Source of the DNA: a bacterium
Lineage (GTDB): Bacteria > Desulfobacterota_D > UBA1144
NCBI GenBank assembly: GCA_018654605.1
Contig: JABILG010000019.1
Location: forward strand, 88,742-152,741
Direction of reading: 5' to 3'
Length of the DNA: 64,000 nucleotides
Below are positions 28,812 to 39,056 of the stretch, piece after piece (positions within the stretch are counted from its first letter, which is position 1; each line of letters begins with the position of its first letter). Position numbers and translations under genes: made by a program. The notes under the pieces were generated by a model that saw only the letters and a program-made list of their open reading frames with translations, was not told the origin of the DNA and searched no databases.

Positions 28812-29631
28812 GTTTGTTATATAAGAGCATGAAGGTTTCAACTTTAATATCTTGAGCCCTAATATTTTCATCTAATTTTAGTTCTTTTAACTTCTCGCAA
28901 ACTAAATCTTTGGAATAGTGTTTTTGTAAGTTGTTTGTAAGTTTTTTTCTACGAACTGAGAATGAATTAAATAAAAATTTAGTAAAATCTTTATATTCAA
29001 AAGCATTAAGAAATTTTTTTTTCTTATTTTCAAGCCTTATTAATATAGATTTTATATTTGGCTGAGGCCAGAAGTCTGATTCATTTAAGTTTAAAACTCT
29101 TTTAACATTATAAAAGCTTTGTATTTTCACAACAAACCCGTTGTATAATTTCGTACTCCTGTTGGAAAGGATCTTCTCACCTACTTCTTTTTGAAGCATA
29201 AAAATTCCTGAAGTTGTATGGTCAGAATAAAAAGTATCTGTAAAGTTTTCAATAATTTTTGTTCCTATATTGTATGGCAAGTTTCCAAAGTAAAGTTTAT
29301 TACCATTCCCTATTTCTTTAAGATTACATTTTAATATGTCTCTATTTAAAATTTGAATATTAGTTTTATCTAAAAACTCCTCTTTTAAGTAATTGTAAAG
29401 AGTTGTATCTTTTTCAATGCATATTATTTTGCTCTTGCTATCAATAATTTTTTTTGTTATTGAACCTAATCCAGGACCGATTTCAATTATCGAATCGTAT
29501 ACATCATTTTTTACTTCATCCGAGATTCTATTGATTTTTCGCTTGTTTATTAGGAAGTTCTGACCCAATCCTTTTTTTGGTCTTGCGTCTATATTTTTTA
29601 GTATATCTCTTATTTCCTTGGACATTTTCAA
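28789..29631 (-). CDS. rsmA: 16S rRNA (adenine1518/1519-N6)-dimethyltransferase
   Basis: KKGLGQNFLINKRKINRI and IEIGPGLGSIT SAM-binding motifs. Confidence 0.85.
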   Translation of the reverse strand: MKMSKEIRDILKNIDARPKKGLGQNFLINKRKINRISDEVKNDVYDSIIEIGPGLGSITKKIIDSKSKIICIEKDTTLYNYLKEEFLDKTNIQILNRDILKCNLKEIGNGNKLYFGNLPYNIGTKIIENFTDTFYSDHTTSGIFMLQKEVGEKILSNRSTKLYNGFVVKIQSFYNVKRVLNLNESDFWPQPNIKSILIRLENKKKKFLNAFEYKDFTKFLFNSFSVRRKKLTNNLQKHYSKDLVCEKLKELKLDENIRAQDIKVETFMLLYNKLINNKSL

Positions 29632-29894
29632 TTACTAAATTTATATATTTTTTCGCCGTGTCTTATCATTCCAAGATTCTTTCTTGCTAGTATTGAGATG
29701 TATCTTGTATCGTTCTCTAGTAGCAAAAGTTCTGCTTTCAATAGCCTATTATGGTTTTTCTTATTCCTAATTTCCTCTTTTATATCAGCATTTTTATTTC
29801 TTAAGAATAGAATCTGTGTGGTTTCGCTTATCACTGATCCAACGAGCACGCAGACCATAAGATAGATTATTACTTTGGCTAAGTTTTTATCCAC
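29628..29894 (-). CDS. septum-formation initiator FtsB/DivIC-like coiled-coil protein
   Basis: Single N-terminal TM then coiled coil; 88 aa; position upstream of rsmA-side operon. Confidence 0.5.
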   Translation of the reverse strand: MDKNLAKVIIYLMVCVLVGSVISETTQILFLRNKNADIKEEIRNKKNHNRLLKAELLLLENDTRYISILARKNLGMIRHGEKIYKFSN

Positions 29895-30576
29895 TAAACA
29901 TTCCAGCTAGGAAAGGGTTTGATTCTCTTTCGATTTCGACTGTTGTTCGTGGGCCGTGTCCTGGAAATAGTATAGTACTTTCTTTTAGAGTTAAGATTTT
30001 TTCAGCTATATTCCCTAAAAGTTCTTCCATGTTTGTACCTCCCGTAAGATCTACTCTTCCAACACTTCCTGCAAAGACGGTGTCTCCGCATATCATTAAA
30101 TCTTTGTCTAAACCTTCTTCTGGATTTAATTCTTTTGTAAAATGAAAGCATATGCTTCCAGGAGAGTGGCCAGGAACAAGTAACGTCTTAAAGTTTAAGC
30201 CTGCAACTTCATACTGTTTCTCTTCTTCGATAAAATTGTCTATCTCCGGTATAACAGCGTCGCTAAATTCAGGGATCCCAAATCTGCTGGCTGCAGTTGT
30301 CATTGCTTGCAGTATAGGTACTTCTTTCATATGAATATTAAAATCCGCCTTATATTTTTTCATAAAGTAATCAACTCCATATGCATGATCTAAATGACCA
30401 TGGGTATTCCAAATATGAATAGAATTAAAGCTTAGTTCAGATAAGGATTCTTCAATCTCTAATGTTTGACTACCAGGATCTATTAATATTAATTCTTTGC
30501 TGTCTTTAGACTGAAGTATGTATGTGTTTTCAACAAATGCACCTCCAGGGACGATTTTTAATATCATTGTGTTCAT
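29887..30576 (-). CDS. MBL-fold metallo-hydrolase (hydroxyacylglutathione-hydrolase-like)
   Basis: HGHLDHAYG metal-binding motif. Confidence 0.75.
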   Translation of the reverse strand: MNTMILKIVPGGAFVENTYILQSKDSKELILIDPGSQTLEIEESLSELSFNSIHIWNTHGHLDHAYGVDYFMKKYKADFNIHMKEVPILQAMTTAASRFGIPEFSDAVIPEIDNFIEEEKQYEVAGLNFKTLLVPGHSPGSICFHFTKELNPEEGLDKDLMICGDTVFAGSVGRVDLTGGTNMEELLGNIAEKILTLKESTILFPGHGPRTTVEIERESNPFLAGMFSG

Positions 30577-30607
30577 AGATTACTATAACAACTTATTTAA
30601 TGTCAAT

Positions 30608-31048
30608 CTAAATAGGCTTTACTTCTATAGATACATTGCAAAAGACTTCATTATATAATTTAATTCTTACTTTAAAATCACCCAATGTATTTATTGGTTT
30701 TTTTAGTTCAATATTCCTCTTGTCAATTTTGTATCCAAGTTTAGCTAGCTTTTCATGTATGGATAAAGTAGTAATGGAACCAAAGAGCTTTCCAGAATTC
30801 TCTTTAACTTTAAAAATTACTAATTCTTTTTCAAGTTTATCAGAAACTTCCAAAGCAGACTGCTTATTTTGTAAATCATTTCTCTGAATAGATTGATTTC
30901 TTGTATTTAGAGCATTGAGGTTCTTCTTGTTAGCTTCTATAGCTAGGTTGTTTGGAATAAGATGATTTCTGGCTTGTCCATCTTTAACATCGATAACATC
31001 GCCCGTTTTTCCTAGCTTTTTTATATCTTCAACTAAGATTACTTTCAT
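30608..31048 (-). CDS. rplI: 50S ribosomal protein L9
   Basis: MKVILVEDIKKLGKTGDVIDVKDGQARNHLIPNNLA canonical L9. Confidence 0.85.
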   Translation of the reverse strand: MKVILVEDIKKLGKTGDVIDVKDGQARNHLIPNNLAIEANKKNLNALNTRNQSIQRNDLQNKQSALEVSDKLEKELVIFKVKENSGKLFGSITTLSIHEKLAKLGYKIDKRNIELKKPINTLGDFKVRIKLYNEVFCNVSIEVKPI

Positions 31049-31056
31049 ATTGTTTA

Positions 31057-31305
31057 TTACTTATGGCTTACTACATATGGAAGTAAAGCCATATATCGAG
31101 CCTTCTTTATTTCTAATGCTACTTGTCTTTGTTGTAGGGATGTGCACCCGGTCATTCTTCTTGGGGCAATCTTCTTTCTTTCGGTAATAAAATTTGTAAG
31201 AAGTTCCACATTCTTATAATTAAGTTTTGTGTCCCCCTCTAATAGTTTAGCTGGCCTCTTTCTTGGTCGCCTCTCTCTTTTATCATAATCTTTTCTATCT
31301 GCCAT
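31057..31305 (-). CDS. rpsR: 30S ribosomal protein S18 (start at internal Met MADRKDY; longest ORF extends to 31338)
   Basis: RRPRKRPAKL...ITERKKIAPRRMTG S18 core. Confidence 0.85.
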   Translation of the reverse strand: MADRKDYDKRERRPRKRPAKLLEGDTKLNYKNVELLTNFITERKKIAPRRMTGCTSLQQRQVALEIKKARYMALLPYVVSHK

Positions 31306-31324
31306 TTTTTTCTCCTTTTGGGTC

Positions 31325-31615
31325 CTAAAGTTTATCAATTAGGAATCTGAGAACTTTAGTCTTTTCAAAACTAAGTATTCCTTCTATTTCCTTAATAGCC
31401 TCTGCTGAACATTTTGTCTCTAAAATATGATAAACCCCATTTTGATTATTGTTTATACTGTAAGCGAGTTTTCTTTCAGCCCATTTCTCAAATTTTGAGA
31501 TTTCTGAAGAATGCTTTTTTTCAATGGTATCTTTTAATTTAGAAGATAATTCAGAGAAATCTTCCTCAGAAATTGTAGTTGGTACTATAAAAAGTACTTC
31601 ATATAGATTTGTCAT
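31325..31615 (-). CDS. rpsF: 30S ribosomal protein S6
   Basis: MTNLYEVLFIV N-terminus; rpsF-rpsR-rplI order. Confidence 0.85.
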   Translation of the reverse strand: MTNLYEVLFIVPTTISEEDFSELSSKLKDTIEKKHSSEISKFEKWAERKLAYSINNNQNGVYHILETKCSAEAIKEIEGILSFEKTKVLRFLIDKL

Positions 31616-31665
31616 TTCTGACCTCCTGTTATGGTCTGCTGGTCAAATAAATTGACAACAGGTTA

Positions 31666-32757
31666 TCAAACATTATACCTAAAGTGGATTATATCTCCAT
31701 CTTTCACTAAATATTCTTTCCCTTCTGATCGCATTAAGCCGTTATTCTTTGATTCTTCTTCAGAGCCGGAATCTACGAAATCATTAAACTCAATAATTTC
31801 CGCTCTTATAAAACCTTTTTCAAAGTCTGTATGAATCTTTCCAGCTGCGCTTGGAGCTTTAGTATTATTTTCGATACTCCATGCTCTAGATTCTTCTGGA
31901 CCTGCAGTGTAATAAGTTATTAAGTTTAATATGAAATACGATTTTTCAATTAGTTGAGATAGGCCAGCAACTTTGACATTGTATTCTTCTAAAAATAATT
32001 TTTTATCATTTTCATCTAAATCTTTAATCTCGTTTTCTAGTAGACCATAGATTTCCACAAATGATTCATTCCTTTTTTCTATTTCACTTTTAAGTTTTAC
32101 AATTTCTTCAGAGTCGATAGATTCGTTACCAAAGTTTAATATATATATTGTTGGTTTTGTTGAAATAAGGTTCAATTCTTTAACAATCTTCTTTTCTTCA
32201 GGATCTAAATAATTTGACAAAGAAATTGGGACATTATTGTTGATTGATTCAATGAGTTCCTTTACAATTTCAAATTCTTTAATAGCTTTCTTGTCACCAC
32301 TTCTTTTACCCTTCTCAAGTTTCAGAACTTTCTTCTCTAATATTTGTATATCACTGATGGCTAACTCTAAATTTATTATTTCCAAGTCTCTTATTGGGTC
32401 TATAGTTTCCATTACATGAGTAGTGTCACCCTTAAAGCACCTTAAGACGTGAACAATTGAGTCAACTTCTCTGATATTCCCTAAAAACTTATTACCCAAC
32501 CCTTCTCCTTTGCTGGCACCTTTTACTAAACCGGCAATATCTACGAATTTTAATGTTGTAAAAATTTTTTTCTTTGAACTTAATAGGGTAGCAAGCTTAT
32601 CTAATCTTATATCAGGAACGTCTACAACTGCGACATTTGGTTCTATGGTAGTGAATGGATAATTTGCACTTTCTACTGCGGCATTTGTAAGAGCACAAAA
32701 TATTGTAGATTTCCCAACATTTGGTAGTCCTACGATGCCGCAGCTTAAAGAACTCAT
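31666..32757 (-). CDS. ychF: ribosome-binding ATPase YchF
   Basis: [15 protein letters not shown]1 motif, C-terminal TGS domain; 363 aa. Confidence 0.9.
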   Translation of the reverse strand: MSSLSCGIVGLPNVGKSTIFCALTNAAVESANYPFTTIEPNVAVVDVPDIRLDKLATLLSSKKKIFTTLKFVDIAGLVKGASKGEGLGNKFLGNIREVDSIVHVLRCFKGDTTHVMETIDPIRDLEIINLELAISDIQILEKKVLKLEKGKRSGDKKAIKEFEIVKELIESINNNVPISLSNYLDPEEKKIVKELNLISTKPTIYILNFGNESIDSEEIVKLKSEIEKRNESFVEIYGLLENEIKDLDENDKKLFLEEYNVKVAGLSQLIEKSYFILNLITYYTAGPEESRAWSIENNTKAPSAAGKIHTDFEKGFIRAEIIEFNDFVDSGSEEESKNNGLMRSEGKEYLVKDGDIIHFRYNV

Positions 32758-32758
32758 C

Positions 32759-34804
32759 TTATAAAAAGATAGGCGCTACAACTAATGAAACAATTGTCAT
32801 CAGTTTAATTAAAATGTTCATGGCTGGTCCAGATGTATCTTTAAATGGATCGCCAATTGTATCACCTACAACTGCTGCTTTATGTGCTTCAGAACCTTTT
32901 CCGCCTTGATTACCTTCTTCAATGTATTTTTTTGCATTATCCCATGCACCACCAGAATTAGACATCATTAATGCTAGTGCTACACCTGAGATAAGAGCTC
33001 CAGCTAAGAAGCCAGCTAAGCCGCTTGCTCCTAAAAGAACCCCTACAACTATAGGACATACAACAGCTAGAATTCCTGGAAGTATCATTTCTTTAAGAGA
33101 AGCCTCAGTGCTAATTCTAATACATGATTGATAGTCCGGTTCAGCTGTACCTTCCATAATCCCTGCAATTTCTTTAAATTGCCTTCTTACTTCTTGAACC
33201 ATTTTCTCCGCAGATCTTCCCACAGCACCCATTGTTAAGGCACCAAAGAGATATGGAACCATTCCACCAAGTAAAAGGCCACAAACAACTTTAAACTCTA
33301 AAATATCAACACTCTTTAAACCAGTAGCTGCAGCAAATGCAACAAATAGCGCTAAAGAAGTTAGAGCAGCAGAACCAATAGCAAAACCTTTTCCTATTGC
33401 TGCTGTGGTATTACCTAATGAGTCAAGTTTGTCCGTGATTTTTCTTACTTCTGGACCTAGTTTGGCCATTTCTGCGATTCCACCAGCGTTATCAGCAATT
33501 GGACCGTATGCATCAACTGACATAGTAATACCAATCGTTGAGAGCATACTGACTGCAGCAATACCAATTCCGTAAAGACCGAAGCTCATATATGATAAAT
33601 AAATTGCCAGAACTATAACAATAATAGGTAGTGCCGTACTCATCATTCCGACTGATAAACCACTTATGATATTGGTTGCTACGCCACCTCTGCTAGAAGC
33701 TTCTGCAATTTCTTGAACTGGTTTCCCAGCAGTATAGTATTCGGTTATTCCACCAATTAATGATCCAGAAAAAAGACCAATTATAGAACATGTAAAAATA
33801 CTTAAGATTATAGAACTTGATAGTCCAACACTAGAGCCTACATAGTTCAGTGAAAAATATCCAAAAACTAAGAATAATATCCCAGCAGTTAGAGAAGCTT
33901 TTCTTAGAACACCAGAGGGTTCAGAATTTTGAATTACGTCAACTACTTTAGTTCCAATAAATGAAGCTAAGGTTCCAACAATTATTAAGATAATTGGAAA
34001 ACCATATAGTGCGAATTTTTGTTCAGGACCATATGCCATGCTTGAAGCTATTACAATAGTTGCAATTACTCCACCAACATATGATTCGAACAAGTCAGCT
34101 CCCATTCCAGCAACATCACCGACGTTGTCACCAACGTTATCAGCAATCGTTGCAGGGTTTCTTGGGTCATCTTCGGGTATACCCGCTTCAACCTTTCCAA
34201 CCAAATCTGCTCCTACATCAGCAGCCTTGGTATAAATTCCACCACCAACTCTAGCAAATAATGCTACTGAGCTTGCGCCCATAGCAAAACCACCAATGTT
34301 GGTTGCAAAAGCTATTAGTAATTCTTCTGTTATAGTTGCGTTATTAAAGTAGAGCGTAAAGGCAACTGCTAGCCCTAGGATTCCTAAACTTGCAACAGAA
34401 AAGCCCATGACACTTCCACCTTTGAAGGCAGTTACAAGAGCTGGTCCTTGGCCACCTGTTCTTGCAGACTCAGCTGTCCTACTATTAGCAATACATGCTG
34501 AAGTCATTCCTGCCCATCCACAAGTCATAGATAGTGCAGCTCCTCCAAAGTAAGCCAAAGCAGTAGGTATTCCAAGAAAATAAAACAGTGTTGTTCCAAC
34601 AACAAATACAAATATAACAATATATTTATACTCTTCTTTAATGAAAGACATGGCGCCATTATAAATTGTAACTCCAAGTTTCTTTTGGATATCACTTCCT
34701 CTTGCCATTGATCTTATATTTACGTAAGTCACCTGTGCATATATTAATCCTATAACTGCAAGAATTATTCCGCCATAAGTGACAAACTGATTTGTTAAAT
34801 CCAT
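32759..34804 (-). CDS. hppA: membrane-bound ion-translocating pyrophosphatase
   Basis: 681 aa, ~16 [14 protein letters not shown] motifs of V-PPase. Confidence 0.9.
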   Translation of the reverse strand: MDLTNQFVTYGGIILAVIGLIYAQVTYVNIRSMARGSDIQKKLGVTIYNGAMSFIKEEYKYIVIFVFVVGTTLFYFLGIPTALAYFGGAALSMTCGWAGMTSACIANSRTAESARTGGQGPALVTAFKGGSVMGFSVASLGILGLAVAFTLYFNNATITEELLIAFATNIGGFAMGASSVALFARVGGGIYTKAADVGADLVGKVEAGIPEDDPRNPATIADNVGDNVGDVAGMGADLFESYVGGVIATIVIASSMAYGPEQKFALYGFPIILIIVGTLASFIGTKVVDVIQNSEPSGVLRKASLTAGILFLVFGYFSLNYVGSSVGLSSSIILSIFTCSIIGLFSGSLIGGITEYYTAGKPVQEIAEASSRGGVATNIISGLSVGMMSTALPIIVIVLAIYLSYMSFGLYGIGIAAVSMLSTIGITMSVDAYGPIADNAGGIAEMAKLGPEVRKITDKLDSLGNTTAAIGKGFAIGSAALTSLALFVAFAAATGLKSVDILEFKVVCGLLLGGMVPYLFGALTMGAVGRSAEKMVQEVRRQFKEIAGIMEGTAEPDYQSCIRISTEASLKEMILPGILAVVCPIVVGVLLGASGLAGFLAGALISGVALALMMSNSGGAWDNAKKYIEEGNQGGKGSEAHKAAVVGDTIGDPFKDTSGPAMNILIKLMTIVSLVVAPIFL

Positions 34805-34841
34805 AGTCTCCTCCTAATATGTGATTTGGTTTGGATAATAT

Positions 34842-35444
34842 TTATTGAATTTTACTGTTAAATGTGTTCATTGCAAATGAAATAGACTTAAAAACAATGG
34901 AGTAAATTATATTTTTAGCTAAATTATTGATATTGTTGACAATTTTTGACTCATCTTTAGTGAACTTTGATAGTACATATTTATTAGTCATTGATTTTTC
35001 TAATGGCTTTCCGATACCAATCCTAATTCTTATAAAATTATTATTCCCAATATTCTCAATTATTGAATTAATTCCGTTGTGTCCTCCCGATCCCCCAGTA
35101 TCTTTTATTTTTATTTGACCAACTTGTAAATCTAGATCGTCATATATAACTATTGTTTGGTTAGAGCTAATTTTGAAGAAATCTTTTACTTTTTTAACAG
35201 CTACCCCGCTGTCGTTCATATAGGTCTGTGGCTTTAGTAAAAGTAATTTCTTACCATCTTTATTTACGTTGGAATATAGTGAATTAAATTTGGAGTCGGT
35301 AATAGGGGAATTAATTTGTTCTGAGAATTTATCTATGAAAGAAAAACCTATGTTGTGCCTGGTGGATTCGTATTTCTCACCAGGATTTCCTAACCCAACT
35401 ATCAACGCTATGTTGTTATTTGTCACTTTCTTCTTTGGAAGCAT
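34842..35444 (-). CDS. pth: peptidyl-tRNA hydrolase (start uncertain; longest ORF extends to 35495 and would overlap rplY by 80 nt)
   Basis: IALIVGLGNPGEKYESTRHNIGF signature. Confidence 0.8.
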   Translation of the reverse strand: MLPKKKVTNNNIALIVGLGNPGEKYESTRHNIGFSFIDKFSEQINSPITDSKFNSLYSNVNKDGKKLLLLKPQTYMNDSGVAVKKVKDFFKISSNQTIVIYDDLDLQVGQIKIKDTGGSGGHNGINSIIENIGNNNFIRIRIGIGKPLEKSMTNKYVLSKFTKDESKIVNNINNLAKNIIYSIVFKSISFAMNTFNSKIQ

Positions 35445-36078
35445 CGGACTCATCTGAGCCTTCTTCACTTTCTGCGCCTTCTTCTCCCTCTGCATCAGTT
35501 GTTTCTTCTGTCACGAGTCGAGGAGCAAGAATACTGATAGTTGTACTCTTCGGATTAGACAAGATGGTCACTCCATCTTTTGGAGGAAGATCCTCAACAA
35601 ACAAAGTATCGCCTATCTCTAAATCGCTTATATCAACAGTAATCTCGTTAGGTATTTTTTCTGGAACACATTCAATTAATACTTGATTAGAAAGTGTCTG
35701 TATTACTCCACCATTTTTTACACCCTCAGGTTTACCAATAAAATTTAAAGGACAAACTAATTTTAATTTTTCACCGTCTGTAATTTCATAAAAATCAAAA
35801 TGCAAAGGCGCACTTGTTAAAGTATCGAGATGAGCTTCCTTTAGTAGAACTTTTCTTTTCTCGTCTGTACCTTCAATTGATATTGAGATTATAGTGTTCT
35901 CTCTTGCCTCCGTGGCACTCAGAACTCTTTTTAGTTCCTTTCCATCTATACTGATATTTATATTTTTCTTATTTCTTCCGTAAACAACTGCAGGTACAAG
36001 GCCATTCTTCCTAATCTTGTTATTTGCCTGTTTTCCGAGTTCCTGTCTTTTTTCGGCATTCATTTCAACAACTATCAT
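35416..36078 (-). CDS. rplY: 50S ribosomal protein L25 / general stress protein Ctc
   Basis: L25 N-domain (RQELGKQANNKIRKNGLVPAVVYG) plus acidic C-terminal tail. Confidence 0.8.
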   Translation of the reverse strand: MIVVEMNAEKRQELGKQANNKIRKNGLVPAVVYGRNKKNINISIDGKELKRVLSATEARENTIISISIEGTDEKRKVLLKEAHLDTLTSAPLHFDFYEITDGEKLKLVCPLNFIGKPEGVKNGGVIQTLSNQVLIECVPEKIPNEITVDISDLEIGDTLFVEDLPPKDGVTILSNPKSTTISILAPRLVTEETTDAEGEEGAESEEGSDESDASKEESDK

Positions 36079-36087
36079 TTTTTTCTC

Positions 36088-37026
36088 CTAAGAAAATAAC
36101 TGACTAATAGATTTATTGTTCCTAATTCTATCTATTGCTTCAGCAATTAGATTAGATACGGTCAAAACTTTAATTTTATTAGACTTTTTTAACTTTTCTT
36201 GATTATCTATTGTATCAGTAATTATCAGTTCATCAATACAAGAATTATCAATATTTTCGAGTGCGTCCCCGGAAAGTACTCCATGAGTACAGAACATTGA
36301 GACGCTTTTAGCTCCAGATTTGACTAAAGCTTCAGCAGATTTAGCCGCAGTTCCTGCCGTATCAATCAAATCGTCAATTAATACAACGTTTTTACCCTTG
36401 ACGTCTCCTATTACATTTGTTATTTCCGCTATGTTTGGACCAGGCCTTCTCTTGTCAGTCATAGCTAGCCCGGCGTCATCAAGCTTCTTGGAGAAGAACC
36501 TTGCCCTTTCCATGCCACCTGCATCAGGTGATGCGATAACAAAATCTCTATATTTATTTTTTATATATTTTATAGCAATTGGTGAAGAATAAAGATGATC
36601 AACTGGAACATCAAAGAATCCTTGAATTTGTCCTGCGTGGAGGTCCATAGTTACAATCTTCTGTATTCCAGATTTAATCAACAAATCACATACAAGCCTT
36701 GCAGTTATAGGAGATCTATCAGTTACTTTTCTGTCTTGCCTTGAATATCCAAAGTACGGAATAACTGCAGTAATTTCATTTACCGCAGCTCTTTTTAATG
36801 CGTCAACTATTATAAATAGTTCCATTAAGTTTTCATTTACAGGTCCAGAAGTTGATTGAATTACATATGCATTACTACCCCTAACACTCTCGTCAACTTC
36901 TACAAAAATCTCACCATCACTGAATCGTCTTATATTTAACTTTCCTAGAGGAACTTTTAGTTTCTTGCAGATTGCTTTACTAAGTTTTACATTTGAAGTT
37001 CCAGAAAAAATTTTTATCTTGTTCAT
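36088..37026 (-). CDS. prs: ribose-phosphate pyrophosphokinase
   Basis: KIFSGTSN..., RFSDGEI, DLHAGQIQGFF, PRPP-binding DDLIDTAGT motifs. Confidence 0.9.
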   Translation of the reverse strand: MNKIKIFSGTSNVKLSKAICKKLKVPLGKLNIRRFSDGEIFVEVDESVRGSNAYVIQSTSGPVNENLMELFIIVDALKRAAVNEITAVIPYFGYSRQDRKVTDRSPITARLVCDLLIKSGIQKIVTMDLHAGQIQGFFDVPVDHLYSSPIAIKYIKNKYRDFVIASPDAGGMERARFFSKKLDDAGLAMTDKRRPGPNIAEITNVIGDVKGKNVVLIDDLIDTAGTAAKSAEALVKSGAKSVSMFCTHGVLSGDALENIDNSCIDELIITDTIDNQEKLKKSNKIKVLTVSNLIAEAIDRIRNNKSISQLFS

Positions 37027-37071
37027 AGAAAAATTGTAAAATATATGTTCTATAAAGTAAATTAAAATGAT

Positions 37072-37383
37072 ATGTTGTTACTTAAGAAGGTTTATTCTAA
37101 AAAAACTAATTCAGAGCTAAATTTATTAATTTATAACAATAAATATCTTTTTTATTTCTCTTTACTTACTTGTGAATATAGGTATACAGAAAGTCCAGTT
37201 TGGTTAAGAAACTTTCTTAAAGCCCCTGCTTTAGTTCAGCATGAGTTGGAAGGTTATTCTAAGGGAGAGGTTGAATATCTGATCTCGATTGGAAGAAGGT
37301 CTCTGGTAAACAACAAAATGTTTCCTATTTATGATCAAGTTTATATTGATATCTTTACTAAATTAGTTCTTAAGAAAGCCTAG
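37072..37383 (+). CDS. hypothetical small protein (103 aa), only ORF in a 350-bp gap between prs and efp
   Basis: ORF ends inside a hairpin+T-run (37375-37392); no recognizable motif. Confidence 0.3.
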   Translation: MLLLKKVYSKKTNSELNLLIYNNKYLFYFSLLTCEYRYTESPVWLRNFLKAPALVQHELEGYSKGEVEYLISIGRRSLVNNKMFPIYDQVYIDIFTKLVLKKA

Positions 37384-37392
37384 GCTTTTTTT
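37375..37392 (+). terminator. weak intrinsic-terminator-like hairpin AAAGC-CTAG-GCTTT followed by TTTT, overlapping the convergent stop codons of ORF 37072-37383 and efp
   Basis: Palindrome plus 7-T run seen in sequence; stem is AT-rich so stability modest. Confidence 0.3.
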
Positions 37393-37952
37393 ATTCTTTC
37401 AAGGTATTTGCCATCTCGAGTGTCAACTTTGATGATATCGTCAATATTAATAAAAAGAGGGACAGCGATATCTGCACCTGTTTCTAGTTGGGCCGGTTTG
37501 CTTCCACCAGTAACAGAGTCACCTTTAAGCCCTGGTTCTGTTGTTGATATTCTGAGTTCAACGCTAGTAGGAAGGTCTATTCCAATTATTTCACCTTCAT
37601 AATTGAGAAGCTGAACATTCAATTCTTCTTTCATAAAGTTGGATTTATCTCCCACTATATTCTTCGATACTTCTATTTGCTCATAAGATTCCAAGTCCAT
37701 AAAAGTGAAGCTCTCTGTGTTAGAGTAAAGAAATTGAGCATTCTTGTTTAATAAATCAGGAAGTTGAAATATATCCCCTGATCTGAAGCTTTTTTCTTGT
37801 GTTAGCCCACTAATAATATTTTTTAATTTTGTCTTCACTATTGGTTTCCTGGCTTGCATAACACGATGTTGAAATTCAACTATTTCCCATATTTCATTTT
37901 CTACAAGTATCTTTTGGCCTCTATAAAATTTAGTTGTATCAGTTGATCCCAT
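37380..37952 (-). CDS. efp: elongation factor P
   Basis: 190 aa; KPGKGQA-like region replaced by ARKPIVKTKLKN..., three OB-domain layout, strong N- and C-terminal similarity pattern to EF-P. Confidence 0.85.
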   Translation of the reverse strand: MGSTDTTKFYRGQKILVENEIWEIVEFQHRVMQARKPIVKTKLKNIISGLTQEKSFRSGDIFQLPDLLNKNAQFLYSNTESFTFMDLESYEQIEVSKNIVGDKSNFMKEELNVQLLNYEGEIIGIDLPTSVELRISTTEPGLKGDSVTGGSKPAQLETGADIAVPLFINIDDIIKVDTRDGKYLERIKKA

Positions 37953-38048
37953 TTTTTAATTCCTTAGACTTTTAAAAATTTAAGAACTAAATTAGTAATT
38001 AATTATTGTATCTAATCCTTACTGTTATTCTATCAGTAAATTTTTATA

Positions 38049-38540
38049 TTATCTTATACTTTTCTTTCTATTCTTGTACAGGCTGAGAATCTTACCCTTT
38101 AGGTTTTTTTCAAAATAAATTCTTAAGGTCTTCGTAAATGATGGATTTTTCCCATCTGTACTTAAATTGATTCTTATATCTCTATTTATATTTATAGTTG
38201 AAGTAAATGAGAATTCACTGTCATTTTTGTCTGAGGCATTTGATACTAATATTTTCTTTGATTTTGCAGTAGCTACTATATCCCTGTTAACTCTAACACT
38301 ATCAGTGCAAGCTAATACAAAGTCCTGGTTTCCAATATCACTTTTCCTAAATTTCCTTTTAACTATCTTTAGATTCTTATTTTGAGACTCAATCTTAAGA
38401 AGTGGTTTGGATACTACAGGAGAAATGAGCCTTACATGCCCTTCTTCTTTAAGGATTTTTTTTACTCTTCTAGTGGCAACTGTACCTCCTCCTATTACAA
38501 GCCATTTCTTTGATTCTAAACTGATGTTTAAATTAAGCAT
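38049..38540 (-). CDS. precorrin-2 dehydrogenase / sirohydrochlorin ferrochelatase-like protein (SirC/CysG N-terminal domain only)
   Basis: KKWLVIGGGTVATRRVKKIL NAD-binding start typical of CysG N-domain; 163 aa, no methyltransferase domain. Confidence 0.55.
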   Translation of the reverse strand: MLNLNISLESKKWLVIGGGTVATRRVKKILKEEGHVRLISPVVSKPLLKIESQNKNLKIVKRKFRKSDIGNQDFVLACTDSVRVNRDIVATAKSKKILVSNASDKNDSEFSFTSTININRDIRINLSTDGKNPSFTKTLRIYFEKNLKGKILSLYKNRKKSIR

Positions 38541-38698
38541 TTATAACATTATAGAATAAAATAAATATTAGATATAGGATAGGAAGAATAATCCCGATAA
38601 TAGAAATATAAATGTAAACTTTTAAGATTTTCTTTGCTTTATAGCCAGGAACTGCAATTGCCTGTTCCTTAACTTTATTGAGTAAATTCCTAACAATA

Positions 38699-38995
38699 TT
38701 AATCATTGTCCACATTTAACTTTTCTATGAAATTATCTATATCTATTGCTGGTAAAGTTGTAATTTGCAATGTGCCACGAGAAGTAAGTTCAATGGAAAG
38801 TTTGCTTATTGCCTCATTGTTTGGTGCTTCTACAATATTTATGAAATCAAAAGGTCCTAGAGTTGCAAATTGACCAAGTATCTTAATCCCCATAGCTCTT
38901 ATCTCATCATCAACTTCTTTCATCCTTGCTGGCCTTTCTTTTAAAGTCCTTCGGCCCAATGTTGTCAAAGAAGTAAGTAAAATATATTTCTGCAT
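38699..38995 (-). CDS. GYD-domain protein
   Basis: 98 aa; spacing of G.K.....A.LGPFDF.NIVEAP...A..KLS..L.S.G matches GYD family pattern. Confidence 0.5.
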   Translation of the reverse strand: MQKYILLTSLTTLGRRTLKERPARMKEVDDEIRAMGIKILGQFATLGPFDFINIVEAPNNEAISKLSIELTSRGTLQITTLPAIDIDNFIEKLNVDND

Positions 38996-39056
38996 ATATC
39001 CTCCATTGGTAATTACATGGTAGAGTTTATCAGATATTATTTTTTAACAAAACATT

